Shown piece after piece: positions 8,497-17,578 of a DNA stretch of 64,000 nt; positions within the stretch are counted from its first letter, which is position 1; every line of letters starts with the position of its first letter. The notes under the pieces were generated by a model. It did no database searches and was not told the origin of the DNA. It saw nothing but the letters and a program-made list of their open reading frames with translations. Both the position numbers and the translations under genes were made by a program. The stretch is from Patescibacteria group bacterium. GTDB lineage: Bacteria > Patescibacteriota > Patescibacteriia > Veblenbacterales > UBA10138. The DNA lies in the NCBI GenBank assembly GCA_018817715.1, contig JAHITT010000006.1, positions 75,147 through 139,146 of the forward strand, in the 5' to 3' direction.

Positions 8497-8766
8497 ATGT
8501 ATTACACTTATGTTCTCCATTCTATCAAAGATGGACAACTATATACAGGCTATACTCCCAATCTAAAAAGTCGGATTAAATCCCACCAAGATGGCTATGT
8601 CACAGCAACAAAAAGTCGGCGTCCTCTAATATTAATATATTATGAATCATTTATAGTCGAATCTGACGCTAAACGAAGAGAACTTTTTCTAAAAGGTGGC
8701 AATGGTAAAAAAGAATTAGAAAAAATCTTAAAAGATTATTTCAAAAATAATCTCTGGCATAAATAA
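8497..8766 (+). CDS. GIY-YIG nuclease-domain protein (small stand-alone type)
   Basis: YYTYVL...GQLYTGYT..L..R...H motif series; 89 aa. Confidence 0.85.
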   Translation: MYYTYVLHSIKDGQLYTGYTPNLKSRIKSHQDGYVTATKSRRPLILIYYESFIVESDAKRRELFLKGGNGKKELEKILKDYFKNNLWHK

Positions 8767-8817
8767 AATGAACATCCCAAAAACAAAACCTTAAAAACTA
8801 TCTTATTTAATTTTTAA

Positions 8818-9015
8818 CTAATATCTATATCTATTTACGGAAAAAAACACGGTGACGGCATTGTCGGCGGCATATACGGCCTAGGGCTAATTGGTGCAGC
8901 AGTTTATTATATCCAGCAGGCTGACAGCTTTGTTGTAGGCCTTTTAGGCGTACTTAAGGCTATTATTTGGCCAGCCATGCTAATTTACAAATTAATGCAC
9001 TTTTTAGGCATGTAA
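8818..9015 (+). CDS. small two-TM membrane protein ORF with no canonical start codon (non-canonical start or pseudogene)
   Basis: Open frame ...YGKKHGDGIVGGIYGLGLIGAAVYYIQQADSFVVGLLGVLKAIIWPAMLIYKLMHFLGM*; no in-frame ATG, GTG or TTG before the last third; ATA and ATT codons lie near the 5' end. Confidence 0.35.
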   Translation, partial: LISISIYGKKHGDGIVGGIYGLGLIGAAVYYIQQADSFVVGLLGVLKAIIWPAMLIYKLMHFLGM

Positions 9016-9019
9016 TTTT

Positions 9020-9059
9020 ATAGGCTTATTCGTACGAATAAGCCTATGATATCCACAGG
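9020..9059 (-). repeat. inverted, diverged copy of the 40-bp palindrome-bearing repeat
   Basis: ATAGGCTTATTCGTACGAATAAGCCTAT (perfect 28-bp palindrome) followed by gatatccacagg; see the copies at 55747 and 61350. Confidence 0.85.
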
Positions 9060-9070
9060 GTATATAAATT

Positions 9071-9292
9071 ATGTTTTTTCAAAAAAAGTTATCCTTATCT
9101 TATTTAAGCAAAAATTTGTCTGTAGTGGTGGGTTTGGTTTTGGTCTGGCGGGGGATTTGGTACATACTGGACTGGTTGGACTATGAATTATGGGGTGGTT
9201 ACCACGGCTGGACAGCTTTGGGCGGAGTGGTGCTGGGTTTGTTGATTTTATATCTACCCGACAAAGACTTAAAAGAGATCCAAAAACTCTAA
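9071..9292 (+). CDS. small membrane protein, unknown function
   Basis: 73 aa with two hydrophobic segments; a TATATA/TATAAA box lies just upstream of the ATG. Confidence 0.4.
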   Translation: MFFQKKLSLSYLSKNLSVVVGLVLVWRGIWYILDWLDYELWGGYHGWTALGGVVLGLLILYLPDKDLKEIQKL

Positions 9293-9320
9293 TTTAGACA
9301 TCAATTATAGATTTATTAAA

Positions 9321-9352
9321 AACACCTCCTTAATTATAACTAGGGAGGTGTT
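9321..9352 (+). terminator. hairpin after the 9071-9292 gene, no U-tract
   Basis: aacacctcc ... ggaggtgtt, 9-bp stem. Confidence 0.4.
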
Positions 9353-9471
9353 GTGTTAGGCAATTAAAAGGCTAAATTAACTATCAGTCAAAAAATTTTA
9401 ACACCCTAAAAAACAATAAATAAACCATAATTCTTTGATAAATTTCACACAATATTGTATTTTTATACTGT

Positions 9472-10722
9472 ATGTCAAAAACAATTTCTGCTATTTTTCT
9501 TTTTTTAGCTTTAAGTTTGTTGCCTAATTTAGCCCAGGCCCAAACTAATCAAAACTGTTCCCAGGTAAAAGCTTATTTTTTCTGGCAAGAGGGTTGCCCT
9601 CATTGTACTAAGGCCAAGCCCTTTTTACTATCTCTACAAAAGCAGTACCCCCAACTAATAGTCGATAGTCACGAAATCAGCAAAAACTTTGATAATTACC
9701 GCCTAATGAAACGCCTAACCGATAATTTGGCTATAGAAGTTAATGGCGTACCTTTTACAGTAATTGGCCAAAATTATTTAATCGGTTGGTATGATGAATC
9801 TTCTAGCGGCGGACAATTAGACTGGTTTGTTAAATCAGCTTTAAATAAACCATGCTTTGATGCCGCTTTAACTTCGGTTAATCAACAACCGACTGATGCT
9901 AAAACTAAAGACCAATTTTTTGAACAAAAAACAGTAAGCAACACCGAGGTCTTGCCAAATGATGATAACAAATCTTTTAATATCAACTTGCCACTACTAG
10001 GTGTAACTAACTTAGCCAAATTTTCTTTACCAGTTTTAACTGTTATTATAGGCGCCTTGGATGGTTTTAATCCCTGCGCTATGTGGGTGTTAGTATTTTT
10101 AATCGGCCTACTACTTAATATGCCTAACCATAAAAGAATGTGGTTATTAGGCAGCACTTTTATTGTTTCTTCAGCTGCGGTTTATTTTATTTTTATGGCC
10201 GCTTGGCTTAATTTATTATTATTTGTCGGTTTTCTATTTTGGGTGCGTTTTATAATCGGCTTAATCGCCTTGGGCGGGGGAGCTTATAACCTAAAAGAAT
10301 ACTTTTCTAACAAAGAAGGTGCTTGCAAAGTAGTTGGTACAGAAAAAAGAAATAAATATTTTACCAGACTAAAAAATATTACCCAGCAAAGTAGTTTATT
10401 GTGGGCCCTAGCGGGCATAATAATTTTAGCCGCTTCAGTTAATTTGGTAGAACTTGTTTGTTCAGCCGGACTACCGGCTGTTTACAGCCAAATATTAGCA
10501 CTTAGTCATTTGGCAACCTGGCAATATTATTTATATTTGCTTCTTTATGTTTTTGTTTTTATGTTGGACGATTTGTTAATTTTTATAATTGCCATGATAA
10601 CTCTCAGATTAACCGGCTTAACTACCAAATATACACGTTGGTCACATTTAATCGGCGGGGTATTAATGCTAATTATCGGCTTATTATTAATCTTCAAACC
10701 AGCCTGGCTGATGTTTGGTTAA
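9472..10722 (+). CDS. secreted thioredoxin-fold domain fused to a CcdA/DsbD-like membrane electron-transfer domain
   Basis: Signal peptide; CPHC thioredoxin motif; multi-TM domain with GALDGFNPCAMWVL and a second conserved Cys (ELVCSAGLP). Confidence 0.65.
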   Translation: MSKTISAIFLFLALSLLPNLAQAQTNQNCSQVKAYFFWQEGCPHCTKAKPFLLSLQKQYPQLIVDSHEISKNFDNYRLMKRLTDNLAIEVNGVPFTVIGQNYLIGWYDESSSGGQLDWFVKSALNKPCFDAALTSVNQQPTDAKTKDQFFEQKTVSNTEVLPNDDNKSFNINLPLLGVTNLAKFSLPVLTVIIGALDGFNPCAMWVLVFLIGLLLNMPNHKRMWLLGSTFIVSSAAVYFIFMAAWLNLLLFVGFLFWVRFIIGLIALGGGAYNLKEYFSNKEGACKVVGTEKRNKYFTRLKNITQQSSLLWALAGIIILAASVNLVELVCSAGLPAVYSQILALSHLATWQYYLYLLLYVFVFMLDDLLIFIIAMITLRLTGLTTKYTRWSHLIGGVLMLIIGLLLIFKPAWLMFG

Positions 10723-10784
10723 TCTTGTAAAAAATAAATTACCCAGCTTAACCACTCTTTTTTATTTTCTAGATAAAAAAACTT

Positions 10785-11636
10785 ATGACAAAAATTATAG
10801 AATTTTACAATACTTATCTTTTTTCCTGGCTAATAAACCATGGCTTTAAAATAATAATTATTTTATTAGTCGCCTGGCTAATAAATAAATTTAGCCGACA
10901 AATTATAAAACGTTTGGTAACGACCGCTGTTCGTGAAAATAAATATCCCAATAAAAAGGAGGAAAAACAAAGGGAGGAAACTTTAATAGGCCTACTAACT
11001 AGCACCAGTCGAATTGCTGTAATTACTTTAACTGGATTAATGGTTTTATCTGAAGCTGGACTGGCTATTGCGCCTTTACTAGCGGCCGCTGGTATAGCTG
11101 GTCTGTCCTTTGGTTTTGGTGGACAATATTTAATTCGGGACGTTATTACCGGCTTATTCTTAATTTTAGAAAATCAGTACCGGGTGGGGGATGTAATTTG
11201 TTTAGGTGACAAATGTGGCCTAGTGGAAAATATGTCCTTAAGAATTACGGTTATGCGCGATTTAGACGGCACGGTCCACCACGTACCTCACGGCGAAATA
11301 AAAATCGTCTCTAATCTTTCTAAAAGCTATGCTCGAATAAATTTAAATATAGCCGTCTCTTATGAGACCGATCTAGATGTAGCAGAAAAAATAATCAACC
11401 AAGTAGGCCAAGATTTGGCTAAAGATCCAATTTGGCAAGATAAAATAATAACCGCCCCGGCTTTTGTTAGATTGGATGATTTTGCCGATTCGGCCATGAT
11501 TATAAAAGTACTAGGCGACACTAAACCACTGGAACAATGGTCAGTTACCGGCGAATTTAGAAAAAGATTAAAAAAATCCTTTGATCAAGCGGGTATTATT
11601 ATACCCTTCCCCCAAATGGTCATAAGGAAGGGCTAA
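10785..11636 (+). CDS. mechanosensitive ion channel, MscS family
   Basis: TM helices followed by ENQYRVGDVI...G.VE.MSLR.T..RD.DG....VPHG beta-domain pattern. Confidence 0.8.
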   Translation: MTKIIEFYNTYLFSWLINHGFKIIIILLVAWLINKFSRQIIKRLVTTAVRENKYPNKKEEKQREETLIGLLTSTSRIAVITLTGLMVLSEAGLAIAPLLAAAGIAGLSFGFGGQYLIRDVITGLFLILENQYRVGDVICLGDKCGLVENMSLRITVMRDLDGTVHHVPHGEIKIVSNLSKSYARINLNIAVSYETDLDVAEKIINQVGQDLAKDPIWQDKIITAPAFVRLDDFADSAMIIKVLGDTKPLEQWSVTGEFRKRLKKSFDQAGIIIPFPQMVIRKG

Positions 11637-11676
11637 AACTCTTGTCCATAATTATTATTAACTGTATAATTTACCT

Positions 11677-12372
11677 GTGACTAACGGAAATAATTTAAAA
11701 AAAGGAGAGAATATACTCCAAGTAACTAAAGCTGAGCAATATCGCACGGTAGCTGAATTGTTTCAAAAAAGCCAACCGGATTCAGTTTTTTATACCTTGC
11801 TGACTTTGGCTGTTATTATTGTGTCTTCTGGTTTATTAATAAATAACAGCTTTATTGTAATTGGCGGTATGTTAGTAGCCCCAGTCTTAACTCCAGTCAT
11901 GCTGGCGGCTTTAGGCTTGGCTGTCGGACAAACCAAACCAGTTAAAGATGGTGCTTTACTTATTATCAGATCATCTTTGTTAATTGTCGTTGGCGGGCTG
12001 GTTATGTCCTTTGTCTTTGGCTCCAATCAGCATAATTTATTTTTTGAAAACACCATGCGCACGGCTATTCTTTACTTTATTGTGGCCATTGCTTCAGGTG
12101 TAGCCGCTACTTTAGCCTGGACCCGGAAAGAAATAATTGACGCTGTAACTGGTACAGCCATTGCTTTATCTTTGGTGCCACCACTGGTTTTAATAGGTAT
12201 ACGTTTAGGCAATTTAGATTTTGAATTAGCCCGTTATTATTTTTTGGTCTTTCTTTTTAACTTATTAGGCACTTTGGTTGGTAGTTTGGTAACTTTTACC
12301 ATGTTAAAATTCTATAAAAGCGAACAAAAAGTGGTTCAAGAGGTAAAAGAGCATACTAACCAAGCTGAATAA
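11677..12372 (+). CDS. multi-pass membrane protein (DUF389-like, tentative)
   Basis: GTG start; about six hydrophobic helices; family assignment from memory only. Confidence 0.45.
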   Translation: MTNGNNLKKGENILQVTKAEQYRTVAELFQKSQPDSVFYTLLTLAVIIVSSGLLINNSFIVIGGMLVAPVLTPVMLAALGLAVGQTKPVKDGALLIIRSSLLIVVGGLVMSFVFGSNQHNLFFENTMRTAILYFIVAIASGVAATLAWTRKEIIDAVTGTAIALSLVPPLVLIGIRLGNLDFELARYYFLVFLFNLLGTLVGSLVTFTMLKFYKSEQKVVQEVKEHTNQAE

Positions 12373-12378
12373 ATCTTT

Positions 12379-12411
12379 AAAAAAACCTCCTTGCTTTAAG
12401 GAGGTTTTTTT
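12379..12411. terminator. bidirectional intrinsic terminator
   Basis: aaaaaa-cctcctt-gcttt-aaggagg-ttttttt. Confidence 0.75.
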
Positions 12412-12442
12412 AATATATAACCAACTATGATAAACTTTAACT

Positions 12443-13858
12443 ATGCAAGTTACTTTTTATGGTGCCGCTCAAGAAGTCACCGGCTCTAAACATTTACTAT
12501 CTGTCGGTCAATATAAAATCTTATTAGATTGCGGTTCTTTTCAAGGACGCCGCCAAGAAACTTATCTCTTAAACAAAACCTTACCTTTTGATGCCAAACA
12601 GATAAATGCGGTTATTTTATCCCATGGTCATTTGGATCACAGTGGTTTATTGCCTTTACTAATTAAAAAAGGTTTTAAGGGTAAAATTTACGCTACCTCG
12701 GCAACCATTGATATCGTACGTTGGTTATTATTAGATTCAGCCAAAATTCAAGAGCAAGATGCCAAATACATGGGCCGACATAAAATTAAAGGCGCCAAAA
12801 GAGCTCAACCTCTTTACAATAAAACCGACGTAGATAAAACAATGAAACGTTTTATTATTGTGCCTTTTGTTTCGGCTACAGAACAATCTTGGCAAGAAAT
12901 TCTACCCGGCCTAAAAATAAAAATGTATCAAGCCGGACACATTTTAGGTTCAGCCGTTACAGTCATTCAAAGCCAACTAGCGGGCCAAACAACAACTCTA
13001 GCTTATAGCGGCGATTTAGGACGAGCTAATACACCTTTAATCGACGACCCTGAATATATTAAAGAATCAGTGGACGCCTTAATTTTAGAAAGCACCTATG
13101 GTAACCGCCGGCACGATCCTTTTAGTTTAGCTGTGGAAAAAATTAAAGAGGTTATCAACAGCACAGCCGCTAAACAAGGAAAAATAATCATACCGGCTTT
13201 TGCTTTGGGCCGCACCCAAGAAATAATCTACTTAATCCATAAATTAATGGACCAAGGCCAAGTACCTAATTTACCTATTTATGTAGATAGTCCTTTAGCT
13301 ACTCATTTAACTGAGGTTTTTAAAACTCACCGCGAACTTTATGATACTGAAGCTTGGCAGGATTTTTTACAAAGCGGTCGTTATCCTTTAGCTTTTAAAA
13401 ACCTAACCTACGTCAGTAAAGCAGAGGACTCTAAAAAACTTAATACTAAAAAAGGCAGTTTTATAGTAATTGCCGGCTCAGGCATGTGTGAAGCTGGCCG
13501 CGTCTTACATCATTTAATAAACGGCTTAGGGGATAATAATAATACTGTTTTAATAACGGGCTTTCAGGCGGCTAATACTTTAGGACGGCGTCTAGTAGAA
13601 GGCGCCAATAAAGCCAAATTATTTGGCCATGACTATCCGGTACGAGCCCGTATAGAAGTTTTGAACGAACTAAGCGCCCACGCTGACAGTCAAGATTTAG
13701 TTGATTATGCTACCAATACTCCAAACCTTAAAAAAATTTTCTTGGTTCATGGTGAATTTAATCAAGCTCAATCTTTACAAAATAAATTACGTTTAACTAA
13801 ACATAATTGGCAAGTTACTATACCGGCTCGCGGCGATACTTTTAAAATAAACTCTTAA
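12443..13858 (+). CDS. MBL-fold beta-CASP ribonuclease (RNase J/CPSF-like)
   Basis: HGHLDHSG metallo-beta-lactamase motif; later GD, ESTYG and SAHAD beta-CASP motifs. Confidence 0.8.
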   Translation: MQVTFYGAAQEVTGSKHLLSVGQYKILLDCGSFQGRRQETYLLNKTLPFDAKQINAVILSHGHLDHSGLLPLLIKKGFKGKIYATSATIDIVRWLLLDSAKIQEQDAKYMGRHKIKGAKRAQPLYNKTDVDKTMKRFIIVPFVSATEQSWQEILPGLKIKMYQAGHILGSAVTVIQSQLAGQTTTLAYSGDLGRANTPLIDDPEYIKESVDALILESTYGNRRHDPFSLAVEKIKEVINSTAAKQGKIIIPAFALGRTQEIIYLIHKLMDQGQVPNLPIYVDSPLATHLTEVFKTHRELYDTEAWQDFLQSGRYPLAFKNLTYVSKAEDSKKLNTKKGSFIVIAGSGMCEAGRVLHHLINGLGDNNNTVLITGFQAANTLGRRLVEGANKAKLFGHDYPVRARIEVLNELSAHADSQDLVDYATNTPNLKKIFLVHGEFNQAQSLQNKLRLTKHNWQVTIPARGDTFKINS

Positions 13859-13905
13859 CTTCGTACAGTGGGCAGAAAAAATTCGATATGTTATAATAAC
13901 AAAAG

Positions 13906-15162
13906 ATGAAAAAAAATAACTATCGTTTATTTGGTTGGGGATTAACCATAGCTCTACTATTGCAACCATCCATCAGCTTGGCCCAAAACCTCCCTCCAAA
14001 CGAAACAAATGATAATTCACCAGCGCCAGTTTTAACTAACCTAAGCAACAATCAATCATTAATTAAATCATCAACCGCCGTAACCGACGGCTCTTTAATG
14101 TTGTCTAACTTACGAACAGCCCGACAAGAATTGCAAGATAGATTAATTAAAAATAATAAACAACCCACCAAACCAACTTTTGTTACCAGTTATTCAGCAC
14201 CAGTGGAAATTACCTTAGCCTTGTGGCAAGAGGAAAATAATCAATTAATTTATTTATCAGCTTATAAAGCTGGCAATAAAATACAATTAAAAGAAAAATC
14301 CGATTATCAACTGGAAGTTACTTATAATAACGGAGTAAATTCTCAATACCGCGTTACCGGCCAGCCAACAGCTTATGTTTTAGCTGTTATTCATCCAATT
14401 TATCATTCTCAGGGCACAACCCAACGACCGTTTTACCGGTTGGAAAATGTAGTGTATGCGCCCTTTCACGATTATTTACTTAAACCAGCTTTAATAACGG
14501 CTGGCCAAGAATATTTTGCCAATAAAATAGCAGCCGTTTATGAAGAGTTAAGAGTTACTGGCGTTAGGTCTTATGCTTATCCTAAAGAATTACTAGCTGA
14601 TGTTTTAGATCCAGCTTTAGTTAAAGTAATTATTGCTATTGAACATGTTAGTGCCCATCAACTTTTAAATAACAATCATTATGATTATTTAAGCCAATTT
14701 TACGTAACTTTAGCTGGTAATGAACAGGCGGCTTATGCCTATGCTAAAAGTTCAGCTTCGGCCCGTGGTTTAGTCCAATTTATACCAACAACTTATCAAA
14801 GTTTAAGAAAATTGCAACCAGGCTTAACCTTACCAACTGACTTTGTACAGGGGATGACCGATCCTTATAATGCTATTAAAGCAGCCATTGGCTTAATGGA
14901 TTATAATTTAATTTTTATCCCAAGCAACCTTAGAACCAAAGAAAAATTAAAGGAAAAAAATATCGGCGCTCTTTTAGCCGCCATTTATAATGGGGGACCT
15001 AGCCGTTTAAGAAAGGCCTTGGCTGTCTGGGGAGAAAATTGGGACAAACTTCATTCCAAAAACAGTTTAAAATTGGAAACCGTAAACTACGTGGCTAAAT
15101 ATGAACTGGTCTACGACCATTTTGCTAGCGGTGAACAAATGTTCTTAGCCTTAAAACCTTAG
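13906..15162 (+). CDS. secreted protein with C-terminal lytic-transglycosylase-like domain
   Basis: Signal peptide; AIEHVS ... ARGLVQFIPTTY ... YNGGPSR resembles the SLT E-S / GLMQ / AYN.G motifs. Confidence 0.55.
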   Translation: MKKNNYRLFGWGLTIALLLQPSISLAQNLPPNETNDNSPAPVLTNLSNNQSLIKSSTAVTDGSLMLSNLRTARQELQDRLIKNNKQPTKPTFVTSYSAPVEITLALWQEENNQLIYLSAYKAGNKIQLKEKSDYQLEVTYNNGVNSQYRVTGQPTAYVLAVIHPIYHSQGTTQRPFYRLENVVYAPFHDYLLKPALITAGQEYFANKIAAVYEELRVTGVRSYAYPKELLADVLDPALVKVIIAIEHVSAHQLLNNNHYDYLSQFYVTLAGNEQAAYAYAKSSASARGLVQFIPTTYQSLRKLQPGLTLPTDFVQGMTDPYNAIKAAIGLMDYNLIFIPSNLRTKEKLKEKNIGALLAAIYNGGPSRLRKALAVWGENWDKLHSKNSLKLETVNYVAKYELVYDHFASGEQMFLALKP

Positions 15163-15212
15163 TCCTAAACAATTTAAATACTAACCAAGCCTTGCCTTAG
15201 GCTTAAAAAAAG

Positions 15213-15237
15213 AGTACAATCCTGTCGTACTTTTTTT
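15213..15237 (+). terminator. intrinsic terminator
   Basis: agtac-loop-gtact followed by a T7 run. Confidence 0.5.
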
Positions 15238-15289
15238 AATAACCTAATTTGATATTTTAGCTAATCTTAGGCAAATATATTAACCGGCT

Positions 15290-16891
15290 ATGTCCTATAC
15301 ACCCCTAACTCCCCTGAGCAGTGAACTAATACAACGATTAAGCGAATCTACTCCAACTGAAACAAACGATCAGCCAAAAATCCATGTTTCCGAAATTGCC
15401 AGTTTGCCAATTTTTATATATGAAAAAATAAGAAATTTCATTGATTATAAAGATGAATATTTGCTCCGCAAGAACGCTGTTAAAAGATTTTTAAGACGTT
15501 CTTTCTTATTGCCTAATTTTAAGAATTATAAATCAGAACAACTGGCTTTATCTTTAATTCGCGAATTAATCTTATCGCGTTATTTAAAAAATGATTCAGT
15601 ACTACAATCAAAGATAAAAGAGCTTTCGCCAGTTTTAGAAAAATATTATCTTTTATTACAACAAACCGACAATAATCAAGTTAAATATCCTAAATGGCGA
15701 GAAGCTGTCTTAGGATTAGCAGCTGTAGAATGTGATTCTTATTTAGTCTCGCCCCAAAAACGACATGCCTACATAGCCTTTGCTTTTAACCAGATAAAAG
15801 ACTTAATAAAATTACCAGCTGGTGAAGCAGATACTGAAACTATTAATGTTCAAATACTCTTAAACACCCAAAGAATATTAGAAAGAGCTGATCAGGATAT
15901 TTTGGGTTATTATCTGTTAGTACATTATTATCCTAATTGGTTTAACTTAAAAACTACTGAAGCCGCCAACTGGTTGTCACCACAGCTTAACAGTGTTTTA
16001 CACAATCTAAAATTTATAAGTGAACAATCCTTGGGTAAAAGAGTAATGCCAACAGTGCGTAAATTACTAATACCCATAGTCGTTCTGCAACAAATGCTCC
16101 ACGAAACCGACAAACCCTTAAGAGATTTATTGAGTGATCCCACTAAACTCAACGAACAAATTAAAAAAACTTATCACGACTTTTGGAATAAAACAAGAAA
16201 AAAAATACGCAACAAAGGTTTCCATGCTATCTTTTACATATTTATAACTAAAATGGTTCTAGCGCTTTTGGTAGAATTCCCTTATGAAAAAATTTTTTTA
16301 GGACAAGTTCATTATTTATCCCTAGGCATAAATTTACTTTTTCCTCCTTTATTAATGGGGTTAATTACCATTTTAATAAAATCACCAGGTAAACAAAATG
16401 AAACCAGGGTAGCCGAAGCGGTTAGTGAGCTTATCTACGGTCGTGATACCGGTTTTTACAAGATTAAAGAACTTAAACCACTCAAAAATAATTTCTGGGG
16501 TAAATTCTTTTACGCCTTACTTTATTTAATTACTATAATCAGCTCCTTTGGCTTGGTCATAACTTTCTTAATTAACCTAAATTTTAATATATTATCTGGT
16601 GGATTTTTTATATTATTCATAAGCCTTGTTAGTTTTTTTGGTTTATCTTTGCGCCAACAAGCAAGGCAGTTACGTTTGATTAACGAAAAAGATACTATGT
16701 TGGCTTTTGCTTTGGACTTTTTTAGTCTACCAGTGGTAACTTTTGGTAAATGGCTATCCACAACTTTCGATAAATTAAATGTTTTCGTCTTTATTCTTGA
16801 TTTTTTATTTGAACTACCGTTCAAAACTCTGCTAAAATTAATTGAGCAATGGTTCCAATTTTTACGAGAAAAAAGAGATCAAATGTATTAA
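15290..16891 (+). CDS. large hypothetical protein with C-terminal multi-TM domain
   Basis: 533 aa; soluble N-terminal half and at least four hydrophobic helices; no motif recognised. Confidence 0.4.
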   Translation: MSYTPLTPLSSELIQRLSESTPTETNDQPKIHVSEIASLPIFIYEKIRNFIDYKDEYLLRKNAVKRFLRRSFLLPNFKNYKSEQLALSLIRELILSRYLKNDSVLQSKIKELSPVLEKYYLLLQQTDNNQVKYPKWREAVLGLAAVECDSYLVSPQKRHAYIAFAFNQIKDLIKLPAGEADTETINVQILLNTQRILERADQDILGYYLLVHYYPNWFNLKTTEAANWLSPQLNSVLHNLKFISEQSLGKRVMPTVRKLLIPIVVLQQMLHETDKPLRDLLSDPTKLNEQIKKTYHDFWNKTRKKIRNKGFHAIFYIFITKMVLALLVEFPYEKIFLGQVHYLSLGINLLFPPLLMGLITILIKSPGKQNETRVAEAVSELIYGRDTGFYKIKELKPLKNNFWGKFFYALLYLITIISSFGLVITFLINLNFNILSGGFFILFISLVSFFGLSLRQQARQLRLINEKDTMLAFALDFFSLPVVTFGKWLSTTFDKLNVFVFILDFLFELPFKTLLKLIEQWFQFLREKRDQMY

Positions 16892-16898
16892 TTCAAAA

Positions 16899-17558
16899 AT
16901 GAAAAAACTTACTTTATTTTATTTTTTATTTATCGGTTTAATTTTAGCTGGCTGTTCTCTTAAAGGGCCAGACTGGCAAGCTAATAAACAAGACTATCAA
17001 CAAGTCGGACTAACTAATCCCAATAACTATCCAACTAGTAACGCTACTAATATGACTAAACCTCAAACTCCACCTGACCTAAACTATACCTCGGCCACCT
17101 TAGTTACCAATTTAGGGGAGATGACTATTACTTTTTATCCTGAACCTAAGCAAACAGTGGCTAATTTTCTAAAATTAGCGGCGGAGGGGTTTTACGACGG
17201 GGTTAAATTCCATCGTGTTATAAAAGACTTCATGGCCCAAACAGGGGACCCTAATTCTAAAGACGATGATTGGTCTAACGATGGGCGGGGCGGACCAGGT
17301 TATACCTTTGCTGACGAAATAAATGAACACCCTTTAGTACGCGGTTCCGTAGCTATGGCTAATGCTGGGCCCAACACTAACGGCAGTCAATTTTTTATTG
17401 TAACTGCCGAAGCCACGCCCTGGCTAGACGGCAAACACACTAATTTTGGCTATATTAGCGAAGGTTATGCCCTTTTAAATAAGATTGAAGATATACCCAG
17501 AAATGCTGACGATCATCCCTTAACCGATATTACTATAAAGAGCATAAAACTTAAATAA
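16899..17558 (+). CDS. ppiB: cyclophilin-type peptidyl-prolyl cis-trans isomerase, lipoprotein
   Basis: Lipobox LILAGCS after the ATG at 16899 (the 16842 start overlaps the upstream gene); FHRVIKDFMAQTGD, GSQFFI, LDGKHTNFG. Confidence 0.85.
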   Translation: MKKLTLFYFLFIGLILAGCSLKGPDWQANKQDYQQVGLTNPNNYPTSNATNMTKPQTPPDLNYTSATLVTNLGEMTITFYPEPKQTVANFLKLAAEGFYDGVKFHRVIKDFMAQTGDPNSKDDDWSNDGRGGPGYTFADEINEHPLVRGSVAMANAGPNTNGSQFFIVTAEATPWLDGKHTNFGYISEGYALLNKIEDIPRNADDHPLTDITIKSIKLK

Positions 17559-17578
17559 TATATCTGGAATTCAATAAT

